A DNA stretch of 63,714 bases from Bacteroidaceae bacterium (lineage in GTDB: Bacteria; Bacteroidota; Bacteroidia; Bacteroidales; Barnesiellaceae_A). Below, one piece after another: positions 47,833 through 57,477 of the stretch. The stretch spans positions 1 to 63,714 of the forward strand of contig JAGBHF010000073.1 in the NCBI GenBank assembly GCA_017935645.1, given 5' to 3'. The position numbers were made by a program, and so were the translations under genes. How positions within the stretch are numbered: position 1 is the first letter of the stretch; each line of letters opens with the position of its first letter. Under the pieces are notes generated by a model. That model saw only the letters and a program-made list of their open reading frames with translations, was not told the DNA's origin and did no database searches.

Positions 47833-50800
47833 ATGAAAATAACAGAGAGATTTCATATCTTTTTACTCCTTCTTCTCGGATTAGTGATGTTGTCACTTCC
47901 GACCAATGCCCAAACGGCAACCTCCTCAAAGGCGGCTGCCGATACTACTGTGCGTTATCCCGTTACCAAGACCATCCCCGAAAATTACGAAGATATAGGT
48001 AGTGAAGGTGCTGTAGACTTGCGTACACCGGCCAATATCAAGAGCGAGATAGAGTATGACCCCAATACCAATCGCTACGTTTTGCGTACGCGCGTGGGCG
48101 AAACAGAGATTGCTACACCGTTCTCTCTCACAGCCGAAGAGTATGGCAATTATAGTTTTCGCAAGTCGATGGAGGCTTTCTATCGTGAGAAGAATGCCTA
48201 TGACCCTGCTACCGAGGAGGCCAATAAGTTCGACTTCCTTAACATGAACTTCAGTCTCGGTCCTTTGGAGAAAGTTTTTGGCCCCGGTGGTGTACAGCTC
48301 AAGACTCAAGGTAGTGTCGAGGTCAATATGGGCGTGAAATACAACAAGATTGATAACCCGGCACTCTCGCTTGAAGCCCGTTCGAAAACATACTTCGACT
48401 TCGATACCAAGATACAAGCATCGGTCAATGCGAAGGTGGGTAACAAGTTGGGTTTCAATCTTAATTACAATACCGATGCGACCTTTGCCTTCGACTCACA
48501 AAATCTTAAGTTGCAATTTCAAGGTGATGAAGACGATATTATCAAGAATATCGAAGCCGGTAACGTGTCGATGACTACCGGTTCGTCGCTTATACGTGGT
48601 AGTACTTCATTGTTTGGTTTCAAGACCACCATGCAGTTTGGTAAACTTACTGCTACAGCGCTCGTGTCGCAACAACAGTCGGAGACCAAGACTGTGAGTA
48701 CAAGTGGTGGTGTACAAACAACACCTTTTGAGTTCAATGCCGATCATTACGACGAGAATCGTCACTTCTTCTTGGCGCACTACTTCCGCGATAACTACGA
48801 TCAATTTGCCTCCAAGTTACCCTATGTTCAGTCGGGTATTACCATCAACCGCATAGAGGTGTGGGTAACTAATAAGCAGGGAAAGTATGACCAAGCACGC
48901 AATATCGTAGGTTTTATGGACTTGGCCGAGAGCCAACACATATACAACAATCACTGGGTAGGGTCGGGTAATCCGCTACCGGCGAATAGTGCCAACACCT
49001 TGCTTAGTGAGATAAAATCGCAATATCCCAACACCCGAAATATCAACAGTGTATCGCAAGCCCTTGAAGGGTTGGCGGTTTACGGTTTTGAGGGTGGTCA
49101 AGACTATGTAAAGATAGAGAGTGCTCGCAAACTTGGCACCAATGAGTACACGCTTAATAGCGAGCTGGGATATATATCGCTTAAAGTGGCCCTCAACTCC
49201 GATGAAATGATAGCAGTGGCGTATGAGTATACCTATGGAGGTCAAGTGTATCAAGTAGGTGAGTTCTCGTCAGATATCACAGCTACCGATCAATGTCTTT
49301 ACTTGAAGTTGCTTAAAGGTGTAACCGTTTCGCCTCAATTACCCATCTGGGACTTGATGATGAAAAACGTCTATTCGCTCAATGCATATCAATTGAAGAG
49401 GGATCACTTCCGCCTCGACATCAAGTATTTGAGTGACACAACAGGTGTGTTGCTCAACTATATACCGGCAGGCGACATTGCCGATAAGACTTTGTTGCAA
49501 GCCATGAACCTCGACCGTCTCGATGCCAACCAAGAGAGTAATCCCGATGGTTTCTATGATTATATCGAGGGCTATACCGTGCAATCGAGCAATGGTCGCA
49601 TTATTTTCCCCGTAGTAGAGCCTTTCGGTAGTCACTTGGCAAAGGTTATTGGCGATGAAGAGATAGCTCGTCGATATGTCTTTCAAGAGCTTTATGACTC
49701 GACCCTAACCGTAGCGCAACAGGTGTCGGACCGCAACAAGTTTGTCATCATGGGTGAGTATATGGCTTCGTCGGGCTCCGAAATCAGCTTAGGTGCAATG
49801 AACGTGCCACGAGGTTCGGTGGTTGTTACAGCCGGCGGTGTAACGCTTGTTGAAAACAGCGACTATACCGTAGACTATACAATGGGTACGGTGCGAATAC
49901 TCAACCAGAGCATTATTGATGCCGGTACACCTATCAATGTGTCGCTCGAAAATCAGTCGATGTTCAACATGCAACGTAAGACCATGTTGGGACTAGATCT
50001 TACCTATGCTTTCAGCAAGGACTTTAAGGTGGGTGGTACTATCTTGCACCTATCCGAGATGCCTATTACTAATAAGGTAAATACCGGTAGCGAGTTGCTC
50101 AACAATACATTGTGGGGATTGAATCTCTCGTATAACACCAAGTTCAACTGGCTTACCAACTGGCTCAACTATATACCCACAGTCAATGCCACAGCACCCT
50201 CGACACTCTCTATCACGGGTGAGTTTGCACAACTTGTTACGCACCAAGCACCACAAGGTAGCCAAAAGGGTATGTCGTATCTCGATGACTTTGAGTCGAC
50301 CCAGACCGGTATAGACTTGCGCTCGCCCTACGCATGGAGCATGGCCTCTACCCCCTCTATGTTCCCCGAAGCAATGCTCAACAATGACATAGAGTATGGC
50401 AAGAATCGTGCCCTCTTGGCGTGGTATTACATCGACCGTATGTTTACCGATAAGAACACCTCTCTTGCACCCTCACATATCAAGAACGATTATGAGCAAC
50501 TCTCCAATCCCTATGTGCGCGAAGTGAGTGTGCACGAAATGTTCCCCAATAAAGAGTTGAGCTATGGTGAGAGTACAACGATACAAACCCTCAACCTCTC
50601 GTTCTATCCCGATGAACGTGGCCCCTACAACCTCGACACCGAGCGTATCGACAGTGAAGGTAAGTTGCTCAACCCCGAGAGCCGTTGGGGTGGTATCATG
50701 CGTAAGATGGATAATACCGACTTCGAAACCGGTAATATCGAGACTATCCGTTTCTGGATGATGGATCCCTTCCTCGACCCCGAAAATCCCAACTATGAAG

Positions 50801-53800
50801 GTGGTGATCTCTATATCAACTTGGGTGAGATTTCGGAGGATATTCTCAAAGATGGTATGAAATCATTTGAGAATGGATTGCCCGTTGATAGTGATTCGAC
50901 ACATATCGACAAGACCAATTGGGGTAAAGTGTCGCGTAATCAATCGCTTACTTATGCCTTTGATAACACTGCCGGTGCGCGTAAGAAACAAGATGTGGGT
51001 TTGGATGGCCTTAGTAACGATGAGGAGTTCTCGTTCAATACTTACCGTGACTATCTTGAAAGACTCGATGCCCGTCTCTCGGCCGAAGCACAATCACGTT
51101 TGAGACAAGACCAATTCTCGCCCTATAACGACCCTGCCGGCGACAACTATCACTTCTATCGTGGTGTTGACTATGACAATGAGCAACTTTCGGTATTGGA
51201 GCGATACAAACGTTATAATGGTATAGATGGTAACTCGGCATCGAACGAGGATGTAGACGATCCTTATTACCAATCATCGCGCAGTGTGCCCGATGTTGAG
51301 GATATCAACCAAGACAATACCCTCAACGAGTACGAGCGCTACTTCCAATATCGTATCTCAATTCGCCCCGAGGATATGGTAGTGGGTCGCAATTTTATTA
51401 CCGACTCGACTTCTACCGAAGTTACCTTGCGCAACGGACAAAAAGGACGTGCCGTGTGGTATCAATTCAAGATTCCGGTAAGTGAATTTGAAAGCAAGAT
51501 AGGTTCGATTAACGATTTCAAGACCATACGTTTTATCCGTATGTTCATGACAGGCTTTAAGAAAACTACCCACTTGCGTTTCGCTACATTCGAGTTGGTG
51601 CGCGGTGAGTGGCGTACTTATCAATATTCGCTCAATAACCGCAGCAATGCACCCACACAAGGTCGATTGGATATGAGTGTGGTTAATATCGAAGAGAATG
51701 CCGGTCAGCGTCCTGTCAACTATGTATTGCCTCCCGGTGTAACTCGCATTGTCGACCCCAGCCAGTCGCAAGCCACTCAGCTCAACGAGCAGGCCTTGGC
51801 GCTTAAAGTTAATGACTTGCAATCGGGTGAGGCATTGGCTGTATATAAAAACATCAGCATGGACTTGCGTCATTACAAACGCATACAGATGTTTGTCCAT
51901 GCCGAGAAGTTTATAGACGACTATACCAACCTGAAAGATGGTGACTTGACTGTATTCATGCGCTTGGGTAGCGATAGTCGCTCGAACTACTATGAGTACG
52001 AAATACCTCTTGTCCTTACCCCCGAGGGCTATTACAGTACTTACAATGCCAGCGATCAACATGCCGTGTGGCCTATAGAAAATATGTTCGACTTTGCCTT
52101 GGAGCGTCTGCCCGAGCTGAAAACATTGCGTAATCGTAGTAAGAAAACCGACAATACCAATGTGTCGTTTGCCGAGCCATACTCAATATATGACCCCGAC
52201 AATGAGCGTAACCGCATGACGGTTGTGGGTAATCCCTCGTTGTCGAATGTGCGTACTATACTTATAGGTATACGCAATAACTCGGGTAATGTCAAGAATG
52301 GTACTGTGTGGATTAACGAATTGCGCCTTACCGACTTCGACCAAAGTGGTGGTTGGGCTGCTAAAGGAAATGTCAACTTAGGTATATCGGATATTGCCAC
52401 AGTCAATATCGGTGGTCACATCGAAACATCGGGTTTCGGATCAATCGACCAGAGTCTTACACAACGTCGCATGGACGATTATTATCAATACAACGTCGCT
52501 ACTCAAGTCGATTTGGGTCGTTTCCTCCCCGAGAAGGCTCAGGTATCGGCTCCGTTGTACTACTCTTACTCCGAGCAGGTAACAACTCCTCAATATAATC
52601 CTGTAGACGAGGATGTGCGTCTTCAAGATGCCTTGGATGCTACCGAAACCAAGCATGAAAGAGACTCTATCTCGAGCCTTGCCCTTGAGCGCAAGACGGT
52701 TGAGAGCCTCAGTATTACCGGTGTGAAAGTAAATGTCAAGAGCGAAAATCCTATGCCTTACGACCCTGCAAACTTTACGCTGGGATACTCTTACAACCGA
52801 CAAAGCAACGAAGACCCCTCTACAACTTATGAGAATACCTACGACCACCGTGGTAGCTTTACATACTCTTATACTCCTTATGTCGAGCCGTTCAAATCCT
52901 TTAATGGTATCAAGAGCGAGGCAAAGAATCTAACATTCCTCAAGGAGTGGGAGTTGAATTATGTGCCTACCAATATCACCTTCAGTACCAATGTGTCGCG
53001 TTATTACTATGAACAACAAACACGCGACCTTAACTCGATAGTGTCTGGTGTCAAGGGTATCGACTTGCCTGTTGCGGTAAGTAAGAACTTCTTGTGGGAT
53101 CGTCAGTTCTCGATACAATGGAACTTGACCAAATCGCTCAATTTCTCATTGCAGACCATGACCAATGCACGCATCGAAGAGCCTGCCGGTGCTGTCAACC
53201 GCAAGCTCTTCCCCGACGAGTATGCTCAATGGCAAGACTCGGTGTGGAGTAGTGTGAAAGGGCTCGGTTCGCCTTGGGATTATAATCAGACGTTCAATGC
53301 CTCATGGACAGCTCCGTTCAATAAGATTGCAGCATTGGACTTTATTACTTTCTCGGTTAAGTACAATGCCACATACAATTGGCAGAAGGGTACACAGATT
53401 GAAGACGTTGATATGGGTAATGTGATAAGCAACCAAGGTCAATGGAACTTCGATGGTCGCATCAATCTGGAGCAGTTCTACAACAAGATACCCTACTTGG
53501 AGAAGGTCAATAAGCGCTTTGCGTCGACGTCGGGTCGTGGTGGTAGTCGTGCCAAGGGTCGCGATACACGACAGAAAAACAAATTTGAGCGTACCATTAC
53601 ACTCAAAGAAGATACCAGCGTAGTTGTACGTCACAACCTTAAGAATAAGAAGGTAAATGTAACAGCAACCAACCTCAAAGGCGAATCTTTTGCCATTGAG
53701 AGTCGTGTTGTAGATGATAATAATGTTGAGATCTTGACACGAGGTAAACGACAGATAAAGGTACGTGTTGTAATACCCGAGGAAGAAAAGACCTTCTGGA

Positions 53801-55233
53801 GCGAGGCGGCACAATATTCGACCCGTTTCTTGATGATGTTCCGCAGTGTCAGTGCGCGTTATCGTGAGGTTAGCTCTACCAATCTACCCCTGTTCCGGCC
53901 AATGGTAGGTGATGGATTTGGTCAGACAACGGCTTATGGGCCTATGGCTCCGGGTCTTGATTTCGCTTTCGGATTTACCGACGAGAGCTTTGTACAACAA
54001 GCTATCGACAACAACTGGCTTATCCGTAATGAATTGCAAATCAATCCTGCCGTATTGGGTAAGACTCAAGAACTCAATGTCGATGTCGATATAGAGCCTA
54101 TTACAGGCTTGAAGATAAAACTTACCGGCAACTGGAATAAAACCAATAGCTCGCAAGTACAATTCATGTTTGAGGGTAGTCCTACTATCTATGGTGGTAA
54201 TTACACCAAGACACACATTGCTATACTTACCTCGTTGCGCCCATCTTCGGTTGACAATGGTTATCAATCGGATGCCTTCGACCAATTCTTGAAAAACCGC
54301 GAGATAATAGCAGCTCGTTATGAGAAAAAGTATGCCGGCAGTACCTATCCTTCCAGTGGATTTATGTCTAATCATCCCTTGGCCGGTCGTCCTTATGATG
54401 GCAACAATGGTAGCATCAACAAGTCGTCGCCCGATGTGATGATTCCTGCATTCCTTGCAGCCTACTCGGGCAGTAGTGCCGATAATATTGCTCTCACGGC
54501 CTTCCCGGCTATGTCGGCTATATTGCCCAACTGGCGTATTACATACGACGGCTTGATGCAAATACCGGCTATCAAAGAGATATTCAAGAACTTTACGATT
54601 AATCATGCCTACCAATGTACCTATTCTGTAGGCTCATATTCATCGTTTATGAACTGGATAAATACCGGTGGTAGCAGTGACATGGGCTTTACGCTCGATG
54701 AGTTGTCGGGCAATCCTGTACCTTCATCGCCCTACGATATACAATCGGTATCTATCACCGAGCGTTTTGCTCCCTTTATCGGTGTAAATGCAACGATGAA
54801 GAACAATATAACTTTCCGTGCCGAGTATAACGATAGTCGTGTGCTTACCCTCAACTCGTCGGCAGGACAGTTGGTTGAGGCCAATACTACCGACATTACT
54901 GTGGGCGTAAGCTATAAGATAGCCAACTTTAACAAAATATTGAAGATAGGTAGCAAGCAGACGGGTGTAAATAACGACCTTACCATCAATGGCGACTTCT
55001 CATGGCGCAATACCATATCGCTCATTCGTCGCATTGATGAGAACTATACACAAGCTACTACCGGAACACGCACTCTCTCATTGAAGGCTACAGCCAACTA
55101 TGTGTTGAGTAAGCGCATTACGTTGGGTGTGTACTACGACCACCAAGTCAACACTCCGTTGGTATCATCGTCGGCCTATCCGGTGACAAACAGCAACTAT
55201 GGCGTGTCGATACAGCTCTCACTTGTGAAGTAG
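47833..55233 (+). CDS. sprA: Type IX secretion system outer-membrane translocon SprA (Sov)
   Basis: 2466 aa; FNLNYNTDATFAFD, IIKNIEAGNVS, INRIEVWVTN, YLDDFEST, LAWYYID, RWGGIMR, VWINELRLTDFD; ruvA-sprA synteny. Confidence 0.95.
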   Translation: MKITERFHIFLLLLLGLVMLSLPTNAQTATSSKAAADTTVRYPVTKTIPENYEDIGSEGAVDLRTPANIKSEIEYDPNTNRYVLRTRVGETEIATPFSLTAEEYGNYSFRKSMEAFYREKNAYDPATEEANKFDFLNMNFSLGPLEKVFGPGGVQLKTQGSVEVNMGVKYNKIDNPALSLEARSKTYFDFDTKIQASVNAKVGNKLGFNLNYNTDATFAFDSQNLKLQFQGDEDDIIKNIEAGNVSMTTGSSLIRGSTSLFGFKTTMQFGKLTATALVSQQQSETKTVSTSGGVQTTPFEFNADHYDENRHFFLAHYFRDNYDQFASKLPYVQSGITINRIEVWVTNKQGKYDQARNIVGFMDLAESQHIYNNHWVGSGNPLPANSANTLLSEIKSQYPNTRNINSVSQALEGLAVYGFEGGQDYVKIESARKLGTNEYTLNSELGYISLKVALNSDEMIAVAYEYTYGGQVYQVGEFSSDITATDQCLYLKLLKGVTVSPQLPIWDLMMKNVYSLNAYQLKRDHFRLDIKYLSDTTGVLLNYIPAGDIADKTLLQAMNLDRLDANQESNPDGFYDYIEGYTVQSSNGRIIFPVVEPFGSHLAKVIGDEEIARRYVFQELYDSTLTVAQQVSDRNKFVIMGEYMASSGSEISLGAMNVPRGSVVVTAGGVTLVENSDYTVDYTMGTVRILNQSIIDAGTPINVSLENQSMFNMQRKTMLGLDLTYAFSKDFKVGGTILHLSEMPITNKVNTGSELLNNTLWGLNLSYNTKFNWLTNWLNYIPTVNATAPSTLSITGEFAQLVTHQAPQGSQKGMSYLDDFESTQTGIDLRSPYAWSMASTPSMFPEAMLNNDIEYGKNRALLAWYYIDRMFTDKNTSLAPSHIKNDYEQLSNPYVREVSVHEMFPNKELSYGESTTIQTLNLSFYPDERGPYNLDTERIDSEGKLLNPESRWGGIMRKMDNTDFETGNIETIRFWMMDPFLDPENPNYEGGDLYINLGEISEDILKDGMKSFENGLPVDSDSTHIDKTNWGKVSRNQSLTYAFDNTAGARKKQDVGLDGLSNDEEFSFNTYRDYLERLDARLSAEAQSRLRQDQFSPYNDPAGDNYHFYRGVDYDNEQLSVLERYKRYNGIDGNSASNEDVDDPYYQSSRSVPDVEDINQDNTLNEYERYFQYRISIRPEDMVVGRNFITDSTSTEVTLRNGQKGRAVWYQFKIPVSEFESKIGSINDFKTIRFIRMFMTGFKKTTHLRFATFELVRGEWRTYQYSLNNRSNAPTQGRLDMSVVNIEENAGQRPVNYVLPPGVTRIVDPSQSQATQLNEQALALKVNDLQSGEALAVYKNISMDLRHYKRIQMFVHAEKFIDDYTNLKDGDLTVFMRLGSDSRSNYYEYEIPLVLTPEGYYSTYNASDQHAVWPIENMFDFALERLPELKTLRNRSKKTDNTNVSFAEPYSIYDPDNERNRMTVVGNPSLSNVRTILIGIRNNSGNVKNGTVWINELRLTDFDQSGGWAAKGNVNLGISDIATVNIGGHIETSGFGSIDQSLTQRRMDDYYQYNVATQVDLGRFLPEKAQVSAPLYYSYSEQVTTPQYNPVDEDVRLQDALDATETKHERDSISSLALERKTVESLSITGVKVNVKSENPMPYDPANFTLGYSYNRQSNEDPSTTYENTYDHRGSFTYSYTPYVEPFKSFNGIKSEAKNLTFLKEWELNYVPTNITFSTNVSRYYYEQQTRDLNSIVSGVKGIDLPVAVSKNFLWDRQFSIQWNLTKSLNFSLQTMTNARIEEPAGAVNRKLFPDEYAQWQDSVWSSVKGLGSPWDYNQTFNASWTAPFNKIAALDFITFSVKYNATYNWQKGTQIEDVDMGNVISNQGQWNFDGRINLEQFYNKIPYLEKVNKRFASTSGRGGSRAKGRDTRQKNKFERTITLKEDTSVVVRHNLKNKKVNVTATNLKGESFAIESRVVDDNNVEILTRGKRQIKVRVVIPEEEKTFWSEAAQYSTRFLMMFRSVSARYREVSSTNLPLFRPMVGDGFGQTTAYGPMAPGLDFAFGFTDESFVQQAIDNNWLIRNELQINPAVLGKTQELNVDVDIEPITGLKIKLTGNWNKTNSSQVQFMFEGSPTIYGGNYTKTHIAILTSLRPSSVDNGYQSDAFDQFLKNREIIAARYEKKYAGSTYPSSGFMSNHPLAGRPYDGNNGSINKSSPDVMIPAFLAAYSGSSADNIALTAFPAMSAILPNWRITYDGLMQIPAIKEIFKNFTINHAYQCTYSVGSYSSFMNWINTGGSSDMGFTLDELSGNPVPSSPYDIQSVSITERFAPFIGVNATMKNNITFRAEYNDSRVLTLNSSAGQLVEANTTDITVGVSYKIANFNKILKIGSKQTGVNNDLTINGDFSWRNTISLIRRIDENYTQATTGTRTLSLKATANYVLSKRITLGVYYDHQVNTPLVSSSAYPVTNSNYGVSIQLSLVK

Positions 55234-55257
55234 TGACAGCGACTTGAAGAATAGATG

Positions 55258-55292
55258 AATGGGTGTAAATCAGTCTTTGATACGCACCCATT
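55258..55292. terminator. Possible bidirectional hairpin overlapping the CPBP stop codon
   Basis: aatgggtgt..atca/tgat..gcacccatt interrupted stem between convergent genes. Confidence 0.45.
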
Positions 55293-56097
55293 TGTAGTAT
55301 ACAAATGTGAGTGCCAACGTGGCAATTGCGCTTACGATAATAGTGATAGTGGTAGGCTCAGTACCTATCCAAGGAGCATTCTCAAGCGACGGATAATAGT
55401 AGGTGAGGGTAGTAAGGCTGTTGTTGAGCGCATGAGCCAATACTGCCAGCCATAGGCTTCCGCTCCATACAACCATATAGCCGAATAATGCACCCAACAG
55501 CATGCGAGGTACAAAACCAAAGGCTTGCATGTGAATAGCACTGAATATAAATGCTGTCACCCACACGGCTGCATGGATGTTGATGTTACGTTCAATCATG
55601 AGGCGTTGCAGTGAGCCTCGGAACAGAAACTCTTCGCCGACACCCGTGAGTACACCGACAATGAGTATAACCGTGATGAGTTGACCTATCGACGATATAT
55701 TCATCAACTGTTCGGTGGCTTGTTTGGCAGCCTCTTCCATGTCGCGCATCCACGATAGTGATTCGGGCAATTGCAATCCCTCATTCCATTGTACAATTGC
55801 ACTCATGGTGGGTATTGATGCCATGTATATCAGTATCATCAAGCCTATGTGGGCAAGTCCAGGCATACGGTCTATTTGCATTACTTGCAGGGTCTTGCCG
55901 GGGTTGAAAATGCGTGCGGTGATTACTGCCGGTATGATGAAGATACCGATGTTTTGTAAGGCAGTTGTGGCCATGAGAAATCGCCACATTTCCACACCTT
56001 TATATTGCAAGATAAATGCCGCTGTAATGGTGAGCAGATAGAACAATATTACCAAACCCAAGAGGGAGAATATCTGTGTAGAGGTCTTTTTATTCAT
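55270..56097 (-). CDS. CPBP (Abi/CAAX) family intramembrane glutamic endopeptidase
   Basis: GEEFLFRG, FSAIH, AHALNN motifs. Confidence 0.9.
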   Translation of the reverse strand: MNKKTSTQIFSLLGLVILFYLLTITAAFILQYKGVEMWRFLMATTALQNIGIFIIPAVITARIFNPGKTLQVMQIDRMPGLAHIGLMILIYMASIPTMSAIVQWNEGLQLPESLSWMRDMEEAAKQATEQLMNISSIGQLITVILIVGVLTGVGEEFLFRGSLQRLMIERNINIHAAVWVTAFIFSAIHMQAFGFVPRMLLGALFGYMVVWSGSLWLAVLAHALNNSLTTLTYYYPSLENAPWIGTEPTTITIIVSAIATLALTFVYYKWVRIKD

Positions 56098-56151
56098 TGT
56101 AGTAGTGAATATGTTATATTATAATGTTGTAAGATAGCTTGTTTTGTGGGG

Positions 56152-56189
56152 CGAAGATACACATTAATAATATTTTTTGTGTAATTTTG
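56152..56189. promoter_or_regulatory. Overlapping divergent promoters
   Basis: Minus tatcttcg at 56152-56159 and plus taattttg at 56182-56189. Confidence 0.55.
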
Positions 56190-56209
56190 CCCCACAAAAA
56201 ATCATTACT

Positions 56210-57388
56210 ATGAAACTGAAAAAACCAACACTTCTTGTACAAGTTCTTATTGCTGTGGTATTAGGCGTATTGTTAGGTCAATTTATGCCCCATGCCATTG
56301 CGCGTATTTTTGTTACCTTTAATGGCCTGTTTGGCAACTTCCTTTCGTTTGCAATTCCCCTTATTATTGTGGGTCTTATTATACCGGCTATTGCCGACCT
56401 CGGTAAGGGTGCGGGACGTATGCTGTTGTTAACTGCAGTAATGGCATATGGATTTACCCTCTTCTCGGGTTTCTTTACATTCTTTGTATGCGACCCCATC
56501 TTTCCCAATATGATATCGTCAGGGCAGGGCGTAGCTGAGATAGCCGAGGCTAACGAATCGTTGAAACCCTACTTCGATGTTGCCATGCCTCCCTTGATGA
56601 ACATCATGACAGCCCTGCTCATAGCTTTCTGTGTAGGATTGGGCTTGTCGGCAGTTGAGGGCGATACACTCAAGCGTGCATCGGAAGATTTTCGCGATAT
56701 TGTTACATTGCTTATATCTAAGGTAATTGTGCCGCTGTTGCCATTGCACATTTTTGGTATCTTCCTCAACATGACAGTTACCGGTCAGGTGGCATCGGTC
56801 ATGTCGGTATTTATCAAGATTATTGTAGTAATTTTCATCTTGCATGTGTTATTGCTTGTTTTGCAATTCTGCATTGCCGGCATCGTAGGTGGCAAGAATC
56901 CTTTCAAACTCTTGGGCAATATGTTGCCCGCATACTTTACTGCGTTGGGTACACAATCGTCGGCAGCCACTATACCTGTTACTTTGCAACAAGCTATCAA
57001 GAATGGCGTTTCGCCCAATATTGCCACATTCGTTATCCCCTTGTGTGCTACCATTCACCTCTCGGGTAGTACCATGAAGATTGTAGCATGTTCGATGGCT
57101 GTACTCCTTATGAATGGCTTGGGTATCGACTTTGGCAGCTATGCAGGATTTATATTCATGTTGGGTATCACCATGGTAGCAGCCCCTGGTGTGCCGGGCG
57201 GAGCTATTATGGCGGCCTTGGGCGTGTTGGAAGGTTTCCTCGGATTTGGCGAGATGGAACAAGCTCTTATGATAGCCCTCTACATTGCGATGGATAGCTT
57301 TGGTACAGCATGTAATGTAACAGGCGATGGTGCTATCGCTGTGATTATCGACCGCATTGCCGGCAAGAAAGAGAAGGTTAACGCCTAA
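56210..57388 (+). CDS. Dicarboxylate/amino acid:cation symporter (DAACS/SDF, SstT-like)
   Basis: TALGTQSSAATIP, PLCATIHLSG, AAPGVPGGA, DSFGTACNVTGD. Confidence 0.92.
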   Translation: MKLKKPTLLVQVLIAVVLGVLLGQFMPHAIARIFVTFNGLFGNFLSFAIPLIIVGLIIPAIADLGKGAGRMLLLTAVMAYGFTLFSGFFTFFVCDPIFPNMISSGQGVAEIAEANESLKPYFDVAMPPLMNIMTALLIAFCVGLGLSAVEGDTLKRASEDFRDIVTLLISKVIVPLLPLHIFGIFLNMTVTGQVASVMSVFIKIIVVIFILHVLLLVLQFCIAGIVGGKNPFKLLGNMLPAYFTALGTQSSAATIPVTLQQAIKNGVSPNIATFVIPLCATIHLSGSTMKIVACSMAVLLMNGLGIDFGSYAGFIFMLGITMVAAPGVPGGAIMAALGVLEGFLGFGEMEQALMIALYIAMDSFGTACNVTGDGAIAVIIDRIAGKKEKVNA

Positions 57389-57414
57389 AAAATTGCACAT
57401 TCACAAAAGTTTTG

Positions 57415-57422
57415 TAACTTTG
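57415..57422 (+). promoter_or_regulatory. -7 element for fadD-PAS operon
   Basis: taactttg, 56 nt upstream of the ATG. Confidence 0.6.
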
Positions 57423-57477
57423 CTTATCGTTAGATAATTCAAGTTAACACTGAAACAAGAATATACAACTGCAGATT

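Noticed and set aside
42660-56159. TAnnTTCG promoter variant at gpmI, folP and the CPBP gene as a novel sigma-factor site
   Set aside because: A single-base variant of the housekeeping TAnnTTTG box, within its expected degeneracy.
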